This document shows positions 11,970 to 22,839 of a stretch of 64,000 bases of DNA, one piece after another. Both the position numbers and the translations under genes were made by a program. The stretch spans positions 50,778,001 through 50,842,000 of the forward strand of contig NC_043010.1 in the NCBI RefSeq assembly GCF_006345805.1. Reading direction: 5' to 3'. Numbering within the stretch: the stretch's first letter is position 1; every line of letters begins with the position of its first letter. Source of the stretch: Octopus sinensis (taxonomy: Eukaryota). The notes below the pieces were generated by a model. That model searched no databases, was not told the DNA's origin, and saw only the letters and a list, made by a program, of their open reading frames with translations.

Positions 11970-13454
11970 ATGTCTAAACAGAAAGAATCGCAGAATAAAG
12001 AAGTTTCCCTCGTTTGTGGGGAAGCATCCCCTTCAAAAGACATGTTTATTAAACATGGAGAGATGCACAAAACACAGAAAGGTAGTAACAACAAAAATTC
12101 TTGTGAACCTGTTTCAACATTCTCTACACTTTTACCTCAATACATTAAACGTGGAGAGATAAGTAAAACAGAGAAAGGTAGTATGAAGGATATTTCTGAA
12201 TCTGTTTCAACATTGACTTCACTTTTACCTCAATACAGTAAACATGGAGGGATGCACAAAATAGAAAAAGGTAATAATAACAATAATTCTTGTGAATCTG
12301 TTTCAACAACGCCTTCACTTTTACCTCAATACAGTAAACATGGAGAGAGAAATAAGCCAGAGAAAGGTAGTATCAAGGATATTTCTGATTCTATTTCAAC
12401 ATTGACTTCACTTTTACCTCAATATATTAAACATGGAGAGCTAAACAAAGGAGAAAAAGATGATAACAAAGATACTTCTGAATCTGTTTCAACACTGTCT
12501 TCACTTTTACCTCAGTACATTAAACAAGGAGAGACAAATAAGCCAGAGAAAGATGGTGACAAGGATATTTCTGAATCTGTTTCATCATTGTCTTCACTTT
12601 TACCTCCGTTCATTAAACATGGAGAGATAAACAAAGCAGAAAAAGATGGTAACAAGAACACTTCTTCAGGATCTGTTTCAACATTATCTTCAATTTTACC
12701 TCAATACACCTGTGATATTTGTGGGAAATCTTTTCCCACTAATAAGAAGTTAACTCGACACATACGGACACATTTTAGAGCAAAGATTTTTCAGTGTGAT
12801 GTTTGTGGAAATTCATTCTCCCAAAAGAGTGATCGAGACCGACACAAGAGGGTCCATTCTGGAGAAAGACCCTACCCTTGTGATGTATGTGGGAAATTCT
12901 TTTCTCGGAACAGCCATTTAAAAATTCACAAATTGACTCACTCGGGTATAAAACCTCATCGCTGTGAGACTTGTGGAAAATCATTCTCACAGAATTGTGA
13001 TCTGGAAAGACATATACGTGTACACACAGGAGAGAGACCATTTAAATGTGATACTTGTGAAAAAAGATTCTCTCAAATTAACGAACTAGGAAGACATAAA
13101 CGAATACATACAGGGGAAAAGCCATATTCGTGTGAATTCTGTGAGAAAACCTTTTCTTTAAATTGCATTCTAGTAAGACACAGACGAATTCATACTGGAG
13201 AAAAGCCCTATGTTTGTGAATTTTGTAAGAAATCATTTTCCCAAAATAGCATTCTTGTAAAACATTTGCGAATGCACAATGGTGGGAAACCTTATCAATG
13301 TAAGATTTGTGGTGAGGCATTCACAACAAAACGCCTTTTATCTGACCACACAAGAACGCATACTGCAGATGGTCCTTATCCCTGTCAACTTTGTGGCGAA
13401 ATCTTTTCTCAATATACAGATATAGTAAAGCATTTAGCAATACACACTGGCTGA
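11970..13454 (+). CDS. C2H2 zinc-finger protein A (494 aa): seven ~31-aa N-terminal repeats plus nine C2H2 fingers
   Basis: Open frame with nine C-x2-C-x12-H-x3-H units and TGEKPY-type linkers. Splice acceptor ttttgcag at 11881-11888. The ATG at 11970 (MSKQ) is preferred because the frame between acceptor and this ATG differs by 4 nt from paralog B. Confidence 0.92.
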   Translation: MSKQKESQNKEVSLVCGEASPSKDMFIKHGEMHKTQKGSNNKNSCEPVSTFSTLLPQYIKRGEISKTEKGSMKDISESVSTLTSLLPQYSKHGGMHKIEKGNNNNNSCESVSTTPSLLPQYSKHGERNKPEKGSIKDISDSISTLTSLLPQYIKHGELNKGEKDDNKDTSESVSTLSSLLPQYIKQGETNKPEKDGDKDISESVSSLSSLLPPFIKHGEINKAEKDGNKNTSSGSVSTLSSILPQYTCDICGKSFPTNKKLTRHIRTHFRAKIFQCDVCGNSFSQKSDRDRHKRVHSGERPYPCDVCGKFFSRNSHLKIHKLTHSGIKPHRCETCGKSFSQNCDLERHIRVHTGERPFKCDTCEKRFSQINELGRHKRIHTGEKPYSCEFCEKTFSLNCILVRHRRIHTGEKPYVCEFCKKSFSQNSILVKHLRMHNGGKPYQCKICGEAFTTKRLLSDHTRTHTADGPYPCQLCGEIFSQYTDIVKHLAIHTG

Positions 13455-13654
13455 GGAACGTATTGTCATGAGGTTTACAAGCAGAGGATTTGATGAAGTA
13501 AAGAACTTTTCTTGGCATACAAAAATACATGCAATCAAAAGAATTTAAACTTTTAATTTTGTGTGTGAGGACATATATTGGATATAAATTGATTGATTTG
13601 GACACAAATACATAAGGGATAAACTTTTCTTTCTGAGTAAGATATTTCTTTTTT

Positions 13655-13815
13655 TTCTCCTGTCCATTGCTTGATGAGGTCACCCAATTAAATTGTTCTG
13701 CTAATAGATGGTCACTTTGAAGTTCTAAAGAAGCAAACATAAGGCAAAACATTCAAGAATGACACAGCAATTCTCCTGTCCATTGCTTGATGAGGTCACC
13801 CAATTAAATTGTTCT
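13655..13815 (+). repeat. 45-bp direct duplication in the 3' UTR of gene A
   Basis: ttctcctgtccattgcttgatgaggtcacccaattaaattgttct at 13655-13699 and 13771-13815. Confidence 0.95.
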
Positions 13816-14623
13816 ACAGTAACTTTGATATTTTATAAGAAAAGTAAATAATACATTTACTGATATGCATTAAACACAGTTATGCTGGAATTAAATAAAT
13901 AACGAGTCACACAAAGCAACACTGAATAAAATATAATTGTACTCAACTACATTTAGCACTTTGCTATAGGGCTGTGAAAGATGAATTCATTATTCACTGC
14001 TGACTACGTACAGTGATTCAGAAACACATGCGCCCTACAATCCAGTGACATCCTTCATAGCTTTATTTGTTTTCATACATTTGTTTGTGAGGTGTATTTT
14101 CTTCTGGGACTATTATCACAGCGAAAAGTTTTCCCGTATCTGAATGTTTTTGTTTTTTTTTGGTGGGGGTCTTTTTTTCACACAAGATGAAATATTGAAA
14201 TGCCTATGCTGATGTTATGAATGTAACAAAACTTTGAAAGAAAACACTGAAAATTGTTGAATTTGGAGTTGTATAATGGCAGATATTGGTGAAATTATGG
14301 TCAAAGAAATCAAGGAAGGACATAACATATCAGAGAGGAATTACTGTTGTTATATTAGTATTATGGCATGTGTTGCAGTGGTTAGCAGGTGAAACCATAA
14401 TGCAATTTCAATTCTTTGTCATGAACAACCAAGATAATTATACCAGTTTGTTGGTGTAATACAAATGAATGAAAATGTAATGTGTGTTGGTCGTGGAAGG
14501 GTATTTGGGGAAAAGTGGATCAAGAAACATTTGAGAATAAATAATTAGGTTTCATGTTTTGAAAGAATTTTAACATTGTGATGCAGAGAGACATTTTGTA
14601 TTCCAGAATGGCAAAAATGTCCT

Positions 14624-15012
14624 TTAACCTTCCAGCATTTAAACCAACCATATCCTGCAAAAATAATGTACCCGTTTTATCTTCAAACTGGCCTCTCACA
14701 TTGCCAAGTTAAAAACAAATGCTTAAGAACTATCACGTTTTAGGTATTGATCTCTTGGATTAAAAGAGGAAAGACGTAACCATTTCCTGTATATTAACTG
14801 CTTTGTATTTTATTGATCCAGAGGAAATTATGAGCAAAGTTAACTCATCCTATGTAAAAAAAAATCACAGGAAAATGTTACAATTTTATTCTAAAAATAA
14901 ACAATCACGTCATTGAAATCTCAAAGCTACAAGGTGATGCATGACTAATTCATATCAATGTGAATAAACAGACATTACATTTGTCAGAGAAATCTGGATG
15001 CTAAAAGTTTAA
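14624..15012. mobile_element. piggyBac-like MITE (TTAA ends) carrying a ~176-bp internal insertion
   Basis: ttaaccttccagcattt...atgctaaaagtttaa. Aligns to the uninterrupted copy at 16599 except for 14701-14876, which matches 15666-15852. Confidence 0.75.
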
Positions 15013-15067
15013 ATCAAGGAGAAAAGGAGAAAGAATCAGCTGAAAATGTTTCATCTGGAGTCACTTT

Positions 15068-15205
15068 ACTCTTTTACTTGTTTCAGTCATTATTCTTTGT
15101 AAGCCTAGTACTTATTCTATCGGCCTCTTTTTGCCGAACCGCTAAGTTACTGGGACGTAAACACACCAGCATCGATTGTCAAGCGATGTTAGGGGGGGGG
15201 GGCAG

Positions 15206-15238
<33 letters not shown>

Positions 15239-15400
15239 CACATATGACAGGCTTCTTTCAATTTCTGTCTACCAAATCAATTCACAAGGCTTTGGTTAGC
15301 CCGAGGCTATAGTAGAAGACACTTGCCCAAGGTACCACGCAGTGGGACTGAACCCGGAACCACTTGGTTTGTAAGCAAGCTATTTACCACACGGCCGCTC
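15068..15400 (-). mobile_element. SINE family A with internal deletion
   Basis: Reverse complement of the family A head, core and tail. Confidence 0.8.
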
Positions 15401-16008
15401 AGCTTTTTTTATCATAGAAAAGTCAACACCCACCACTTGTCTACTGTTCCTTCTACAATAATGCATGACTCTCAGTGGTGGTATCATGAGTTTTTGTCTT
15501 TTGCTACCTGTTTGGTTGCATCTATGAAATATAAATAACACCAGAAATCAGATGTTACTATAAAGCATGCTCACCAATATTTCATTAAAAAATTATTTCT
15601 TCTTTAGTATTTCACAGACATTTCTTTGAATCAGAATGAATTTAATTTGAAATTTAAATTTGCAATTGCCAAATTAAAAACGAATGCTTAAGAACAAAAT
15701 AGACATTTTCACGTTTTTAGATATTGATCTCTTGGATTAAAAGAGGAAAGACGTAACCATTTCCTGTATATTAACTGCTTTGTATTTTATTGATCCAGAG
15801 GAAATTATGGGCAAAGTTAACTCATCCTAGATAAAAAAAATCACAGGAAAATTTTGATAAATGACTGATTTAATAGGTTTTATTTAAAACATTGAATAAA
15901 GTGTGATTTTTCTTTTTCAAGTATATGTGATGGCATTTTTATTTTCATTATTTATGGTATTAAATGAAATATAACTTTTTGTTTTTCCTGTGGTTCTATT
16001 ATACAGTT

Positions 16009-16385
16009 AGTGGAGGCACAATGGCCCAGTGGTTAGGGCAGCGGACTCGCGGTTTCGATTCCCAGACCGGGCGTTGTGAGTGTTTATTGAGCGAAAACAC
16101 CTAAAAGCTCCACGAGGCTCCGGCAGGGATGGTGGTGATCCCTGCTGTACTCTTTCACCACAACTTTCTCTCACTCTTACTTCCTGTTTCTGTTGTACCT
16201 GTATTTCAAAGGGCTGGCCTTGTCACTCTCTGTGTCATGCTGAATATCCCCGAGAACTGTGTTAAGGGTACACGTGTCTGTGGAGTGCTCAGCCACTTAC
16301 ACGTTAATTTCACGAGCAGGCTGTTCCGTTGATTCGGATCAACCGGAACCCTCATCGTCGTAACCGACGGAGTGCTTCCATTCCC
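16009..16385 (+). mobile_element. tRNA-derived SINE family C with 11-bp TSD
   Basis: Head tggcccagtggttagggcagcggactcgcggtttcgattccc. TSD attatacagtt at 15998-16008 and 16386-16396. Homolog at 52373-52760. Confidence 0.85.
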
Positions 16386-16598
16386 ATTATACAGTTTACT
16401 AATTGACCTCCCAGGAAAATTCTAAACATGGAACTAAGGTGTTTGAACCAAAATTCTGTAATACATTTAGTTGTTGCTGTTATTGTGGCTAATTAGCTTA
16501 CCAGTCAAAGGCATTCCAGTGAAGACCTTCCTGTTTTATTTTCAGGCATCGCTTATCTAAGAGTACTTTATTCCATGTGTTGTTTTGTTTTGTTTTTC

Positions 16599-16790
16599 TT
16601 AACCCTTTAGCATTTAAACTGGCCATATCCAGCCCAAATATTTTATTTGTTTTATGTTCAAACTAGCCAGATCTTACTTCTCACACGTAGCCTACAATGT
16701 CACTTTAAACATAATCACATCATCGGATTCTCAAGGTTACAAACAATGCAGGATAAATTCAAAATGATGTGAATAAATATGCATTATATA
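16599..16790. mobile_element. piggyBac-like MITE, truncated
   Basis: Starts ttaaccctttagcatttaaactggccatatcc; same family as 14624-15012. Confidence 0.65.
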
Positions 16791-16796
16791 ACTTTT

Positions 16797-17205
16797 TGGG
16801 CACAGGAGTGGCTGTGTGGTAAGTAGCTTGTTTACCAACCACATGGTTCCGGGTTCAGTCCCACTGCGTGGCACCTTGGGCAAGTGTCTTCTACTATAGC
16901 CTCGGGCCGACCAAAGCCTTGTGAGTGGATTTGGTAGACGGAAACTGAAAGAAGCCCGTCGTATATGTGTATATATATATATATGTGTGTGTATGGGTGT
17001 GTGTGTCTGTGTTTGTCCCCCTAGCATTGCTTGACAACCGATGCTGGTGTGTTTATGTCCCTGTTCCTTAGCGGTTCGGCAAAAGAGACCGATAGAATAA
17101 GTACTGGGCTTACAAAGAATAAGTCCCTGGGTCGAGTTGCTCGATTAAAGGCGGTGCTCCAGCATGGCCGCAGTCAAATGACTGAAACAAGTAAAATAGT
17201 AAATA
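16797..17205 (+). mobile_element. SINE family A, young copy
   Basis: Full length, CpGs retained, nearly identical to 21602-22005 and 51546-51796. Confidence 0.9.
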
Positions 17206-17479
17206 GTATTATAGCTGATTGAATAAACTGAACAATAAAGGGTCAAGATAACAGAGTGTGATTTGAAGAAATTTTTCTGTTGTTTCTAGCAGATTGAGCA
17301 GCCCGTCTTGTTAGCCCATAATGCAATTTTCTTTGATGTGCTTTCCAGTCAGAACTATCTTAGAAATACATTATCCACTGTGTAGTTCTGTGTTTAAAAA
17401 CAATAATGAATGATTTAAAAGGAATTTGGTTATTATTTTTAACAGGACAGATGACTGCATACAGATTTCTTTATAGGTT

Positions 17480-17710
17480 CAAATAATAATCCTTTCTAAT
17501 TTTGGCGCAAAGTCAGAAATTTGGAAGAAAGGAGGCAAATCAATTACATCGACCCCTGTATTTTGCTGACACTTTATTTTATCAGCTCTGAAAGGAAGAA
17601 AGGTAAAGCTGACCTCAGCAGGTTTTGAACCCAGAATGTAAAGTATTGGAAGAAATGCTTCTGAGCATTTTGTCCAATGCACTTATGATTCTTCCTACTC
17701 TCCACCTTAT
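17480..17710 (-). mobile_element. SINE family B, diverged
   Basis: caattacatcgacccc...ggaagaaaggtaaagctgacctcagcagg. Confidence 0.65.
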
Positions 17711-19004
17711 TGACCAAGTTATGAAAGCAACATAACGAAGAGAAATAATTAGCTTAGATGAGATGTTCTTTTAAGTTTGTGCTAGGACACTACTGGTGTT
17801 ACCAATGCCCTCTTCTTAGTGAGGTGTCTACAGAAGAATTTCTTAGCAAAGAGAGCAAATATCAGTCTTTCACACATTAATTTGTGTAGGTTGAACTATG
17901 CAAAACATTATAGAAAGAAACCTAACTGTTTTTTTCAATACATACATCTAAAGTGAAATTTTTTCAGGGGCCCTTAAAATACTTTTGTGGATCCCCAATT
18001 TACAATTTTGTTATGTAGACCCCCAAAAATCCTATACAGACCCTGGTTGAGAACCACTGCTTTTAAGGATCTCTAGAGTAATGTTACTCAACAGCTTGCT
18101 TAGCTTTTTTTTTGGAGGTACGCCACATCTAACATTAACATGTCCCCTTCCCTTTTAGAAAGTAATTTGAGGGAAATTTTGGCTGCTAGTTCTAACAAGT
18201 CAATCTATCAAACGGAGTATCCTTTATTTGTTCATGCTGCAAACATTAGAAAATAGTATCCACTTGGGTTATCCCTATCTGAAGTTAATAATTACCCTAC
18301 ACCATAAACTGAGTGTATAAATTTTATATATTTCTGACCATGAACATCTTATAGAAATATAATCCTACATAAATTTATGTCCCAGAATGATATAACATAA
18401 TGACATATTACTTAGTATGCTATCAAAAAGGATCCCCCAGTAAGTTAACCATTACAAAAATAATGCTTTGATTTTCATTGTCTTCATTGTTCTAAATAAA
18501 ATTGATATATCAAACATTGTTAATAGTGATGCTAGCAGTGAAAGAACATAGCCTAGTAGTTAGGTGAGTATTGGGTTCACATCACATGGTGGTGAGTTCA
18601 ATTCTTAGACTCGGCAGCATGTTGTGTCCTTGAGAGCTGTTGTGTCTAAGACTGGATCCCTTTCTTAACACCAGCCACTTTTCGGGTGTAGTAGGTGCCT
18701 TTTGGAGGTGGGGTTATTAACACTGGCAAAGTCACCATGTGACTTACATGATCAGAGAGCTACGGCATCAGAGAAAGAGAAATGATGGCGAGTTTGGATT
18801 AGGTTTTGAGAAATTAAAATACAATGGGAGCGACAGGTAAGGGTTTTATTTGCTGAGAGTGTTAATAGAGAAGCTAACAGTGTTGAGGAAGAGAAATAAA
18901 AGCGAAAGAGTAGTACCAGGGCTTAGTGAGAGTGAAAAAGATGGTGGAATAGGGTGAAATAGGAGAAAATTCAGGGCTACTCTGTAATATATATGAATAT
19001 ATAT

Positions 19005-19098
19005 AAGAACACAACACGCAGCCCAGTCTGGGATTCGAGCTCACAACCTCACGATCGTAAGCTCGACGCTCTAACCACTGAGCCATGCGTCTTCACTA
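19005..19098 (-). mobile_element. tRNA-like SINE head fragment (family D)
   Basis: Minus strand gtgaagacgcatggctcagtggttagagcg...gagctcgaatccc has A and B boxes and runs into gtgttgtgttc. It does not fold as a tRNA. Confidence 0.6.
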
Positions 19099-19139
19099 TG
19101 GCTACTACACTTTCAATTACCAGAATACTAATAGAAAAT

Positions 19140-19800
19140 ATCTACTACTTCTAGGGATTCTCCTGGATATTCAAGAAAAGCTGTTTCTTGTGCACTGTCA
19201 GTGTTTGTTGCTTCTGCACCTCTGCTTATCTGCCTGTGATACCACTGCATCTCTTGTGTGACCATAGTTTGCACTGGGTACTATGTGGAATTTCTAACAA
19301 CTCCTTTTCTATATGTTAAGCAAGGATATTTCCCTGATGGAAGCAGAATCCTATTTGTTTGCCCACTTAACTAAAACTTTAGTTTTTACTATTAACTTTG
19401 AATCCTTTTGCTTCCAAGTTCTGTTTTCACTCTTGGAATTTCTTTTCTAATTCTACTACAAATTCAGCTGCAAGAATAAGATCATCAGCATACAGTAGGT
19501 CCATGGGCAACTGGCCTTAAACACTATTATGACCTGAATGACTGTGATAAATAAGAAGAGACAGAACCAAGCCTTGTACACAAAATTCCTCATCATACTC
19601 ATTGCTAACTCTCATATATTTCCCAAACTAGTCTCAGCTTAACTATCTTATCACACACTCTGACTACCTTGATCACTTTGCCTACTCATTTCTCTGCCAA
19701 AAGTATGCCTTCACAGTCTACACCATCACTATTGCTTGCCCAAGATTCTCATGCATATATTTGCATACTTTTTTCCATTTTTGGACAGAATTTTTCATAG
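19140..19800 (-). mobile_element. Decayed RTE-like reverse transcriptase remnant
   Basis: Minus strand has an LLYADD motif near 19485-19500 with a CPW-like codon run upstream; many stops. Confidence 0.45.
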
Positions 19801-19884
19801 GCATCAACACAAACTTTCTCACTCATAACACCTGTATGTTCTGAAAATGTAATTTTCCCAAATAAAAAGCACTTCATATTCAAA

Positions 19885-19964
19885 GCTCTGATGAAGTTAT
19901 AGAGTGTTATCCAGGTACTCAACTAAGAGTCCACCACATCTTATTAGCAGAAACAGTTGTAAGC
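19885..19964 (+). ncRNA. Candidate Penelope-type minimal hammerhead ribozyme remnant
   Basis: GCU-CUGAUGA-A-[long imperfect stem II]-GAAAC-AGUU-GUA-AGC. Stem I GCU/AGC, predicted cleavage after GUA at 19961. Confidence 0.4.
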
Positions 19965-20037
19965 TAATGAAGTTCATTACATAACCTTTGTTGTTTCTGG
20001 TGTCATCACTTAGTTCCTAGGCATATATTATATATCA

Positions 20038-20392
20038 TAGGCGCAGGAGTGGCTGTGTGGTAAGTAGCTTGCTTACCAACCACATGGTTCCAGGTTCAGT
20101 CCCACCGCGTGGCACCTTGGGCAAGTGTCTTCTACTATAGCCTCAGGCTGACCAAAACCTTGTGAGTGGATTTGGTAGACGGAAACTGAAAGAAGCCCGT
20201 CGTATATATATGTGTGTCTGTGTTTGTCTCCCCAACATCACTTAACAACTGATGCTGTGGTGTTTACGTCCCCGCAACTTAGCGGTTCGGCAAAAGAGAC
20301 CGATAGAATAAGTCCTGGGATCGATTAGCTTGACTAAAGGTGGTGCTCCAGCATGGCCACAGTCAAATGACTGAAACAAGTAAAAAAGAGTA
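20038..20392 (+). mobile_element. SINE family A
   Basis: Full head, core and tail. Confidence 0.9.
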
Positions 20393-20404
20393 TACATATA
20401 TATA

Positions 20405-21596
20405 TATCAGGTCATTAAGATTTTGAACTGAAAGTTTATTTTACTTTATCTCAACAAAAAGCAATATAGTTAATCAAAGTATACACCTAAATCATCAAAA
20501 CAATTTTGCCATTTTATCAGAAGCTTATTTATACTGGCAGCGAAGAATTTTGGAGAGCAAAAGGTGATGAAATCATGAAAGGCTGTTTTTGCATCTTCTT
20601 CAGATTTGAAGTTTTTTTTTTTTTCCTTGCAAAAAGTTGTCTAATGCCTGGAAAATGTGAGTCAGTCGATGCAAGGTGTGGTAAGTACAATGGATGACAG
20701 AGTACTTCCAAGTTCAGTTCCTGTAACTTGAGTAGCATTCTTTGTGTAACATGTGGTCGAGCATTGTCTTGCAAGAGAACTAGCCTGTCTCTAATGACCT
20801 GATGTATACATCTGCCATAATTGACTTACCAGGTCTCATGAAGCTGTAGTGGATGACACCAGCACTGGATCGCCAAATAGATATCATTAGCTTTTTTTGG
20901 TGAATATTGTTTTGGATAGTTTTGGCACTTTGTCTCTATCCATCCACTGTGCAGAATGCTTGCTATTGTTGAAAAGAATTCATTTTTCATCACACATAAC
21001 AATACGATGCAAAAATGGTTCACTTTTATGCCATGACAACAAAGAACAGCAAGTTTCAAGATGTACCATTTGATGCTCAATCAGTTTATGTGGTACCCAC
21101 TTGTTCAGCTTCTTTACCATGACAATTTGTTTCAGATGGGCCAATACAGTTGGAATCAAAACATCAAACCTTGTTGCTAACTCACACATAGTTTGAGATG
21201 TGTCTATTTCCACTACATTTTTCAGCTTATTATCCACCTTGGCGTAATTTTCAAGAGTAAAGTCACCAGACTAGAACTTCTCAAACCATCAACATACAGT
21301 GCACTCATCTGCCACATCTTCACCAAACACCTCATTGATGTTTTCAACTGTCTGGGATGCATTGGTTCCATGACAGAACCATAACACGAATTTTTGATCT
21401 ATCCATGGATTCACAAAAATTTATTTACAAGAGAAAACTTACAATATAATCAGATACCATGAATTGCATTTCAAAAAGTGATGATGGAATTCTTCAATGT
21501 TGTAAAACAAAGAATTGTCAGGAAAAAACATTAGTTAACAACTGTCAAACTTGATGCATAAGAAAATCGAACATTTCATTCTTAATGACCTAATAT
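20405..21596 (-). mobile_element. Full-length but decayed mariner element (~1.19 kb)
   Basis: TIRs tatcaggtcattaaga and tcttaatgacctaata. Frames give KWVPHKL...FLHRIVMCDEK and QDNARPH...HPLYLPHLASTDSH. Confidence 0.85.
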
Positions 21597-21601
21597 ATAT
21601 A

Positions 21602-21770
21602 TATAGGAGTGGCTGTGTGGTAAGTAGCTTGTTTACCAACCACATGGTTCCGGGTTCAGTCCCACTGCGTGGCACCTTGGGCAAGTGTCTTCTACTATAG
21701 CCTCGGGCTGACCAAAGCCTTGTGAGTGGATTTGGTAGACGGAAACTGAAAGAAGCCCGTCGTATATATG

Positions 21771-21801
<31 letters not shown>

Positions 21802-22005
21802 ATGTTTGTGTGTCTGTGTTTGTCCCCCTAGCATTGCTTGACAACCGATGCTAGTGTATTTATGTCCCCGTTACTTAGCGGTTCGACAAATGAGACCGAT
21901 AGAATAAGTACTAGGCTTACAAAAGAATAAGTCCCGGGGTCGAGTTGCTCGATTAAAGGCGGTGCTCCAGCATGGCTGCAGAAAATGACTGAAACAAGTA
22001 AAAGA
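21602..22005 (+). mobile_element. SINE family A, young copy
   Basis: Full length, flanked by (TA)n. Confidence 0.9.
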
Positions 22006-22032
22006 GTATATATATATATAATATATATATAC

Positions 22033-22192
22033 ATAATAAAAATAAGCAACAAGGATATCCAAGGTAGAGTAGTGCAATTGTTTCATGCTACTTCATTTTA
22101 TTAAACACTGTAAATATTACATCAGTTTTAAACAATTTTGAAACAATTGTACTACTCTACCTTGGATATCCTTGTTGCTTATTTTGATTATA
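22033..22192. mobile_element. Short MITE with ~50-bp TIRs
   Basis: aaaataagcaacaaggatatccaaggtagagtagtgcaattgtttca is inverted as tgaaacaattgtactactctaccttggatatccttgttgcttatttt. Confidence 0.8.
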
Positions 22193-22839
22193 ATCACCCC
22201 ATTTGATTTATATGGATAATACCATACAATATTCTGGTGCCTTTAACTTAAGTACCATATTCATCTGAATCTAAATTTTGCTGAACTTATATATATATAG
22301 ATAGATATAGTTTCCATATCCAAAATTTTATTCACAAGGCTTAGGTCAACCTAAAGCTTTTGATGATATACTGTGAAGTAGGCATCTTACTTCTGCATCC
22401 ATATTTGGAAGAAAGAAATGGTGTGAGGAAAAAAAAAGAGAATAAAAAACAATCAATTCTTTAATATTTATTGGTTCTTTTGAATGCATAATGTATATTA
22501 TCAATTGATATAAATTTTGAAAAGAAAATAAAATCATTTCATGCTTTCTTTTTGAAGGTGGGAGAAGTAACCAGAGGTGGGGAGAGAATGACAAACAAAA
22601 GATTAACTATAAATAACAAATAAGTTTTCAATACAAGGCTTTATATTCTTTATTTTTATGTAAAGAACAAGCTGTGAAATATGTGGCAAATATTTCTATG
22701 TGAATTCTAACCTTGTAATCCACAAACGTATACACAATGGAGAGAAGAAAAAAAATACAAAAAAAAAACAGGTTTTAAATAAATAAAAAGAAAAAAAAAT
22801 TAATTAACAGTCATTGTGAAACCTATGTAGGATTTCAAT

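Noticed and set aside
13321-13752. 143-aa antisense ORF, conserved at 35305-35736
   Set aside because: It overlaps the ZNF C-terminus and 3' UTR. Its apparent conservation follows from the near-identity of the duplicated tract, and it has no recognisable protein features.
19005-19098. Possible tRNA-Val(TAC) gene
   Set aside because: The anticodon and acceptor stems do not pair, and the sequence runs into a SINE body.
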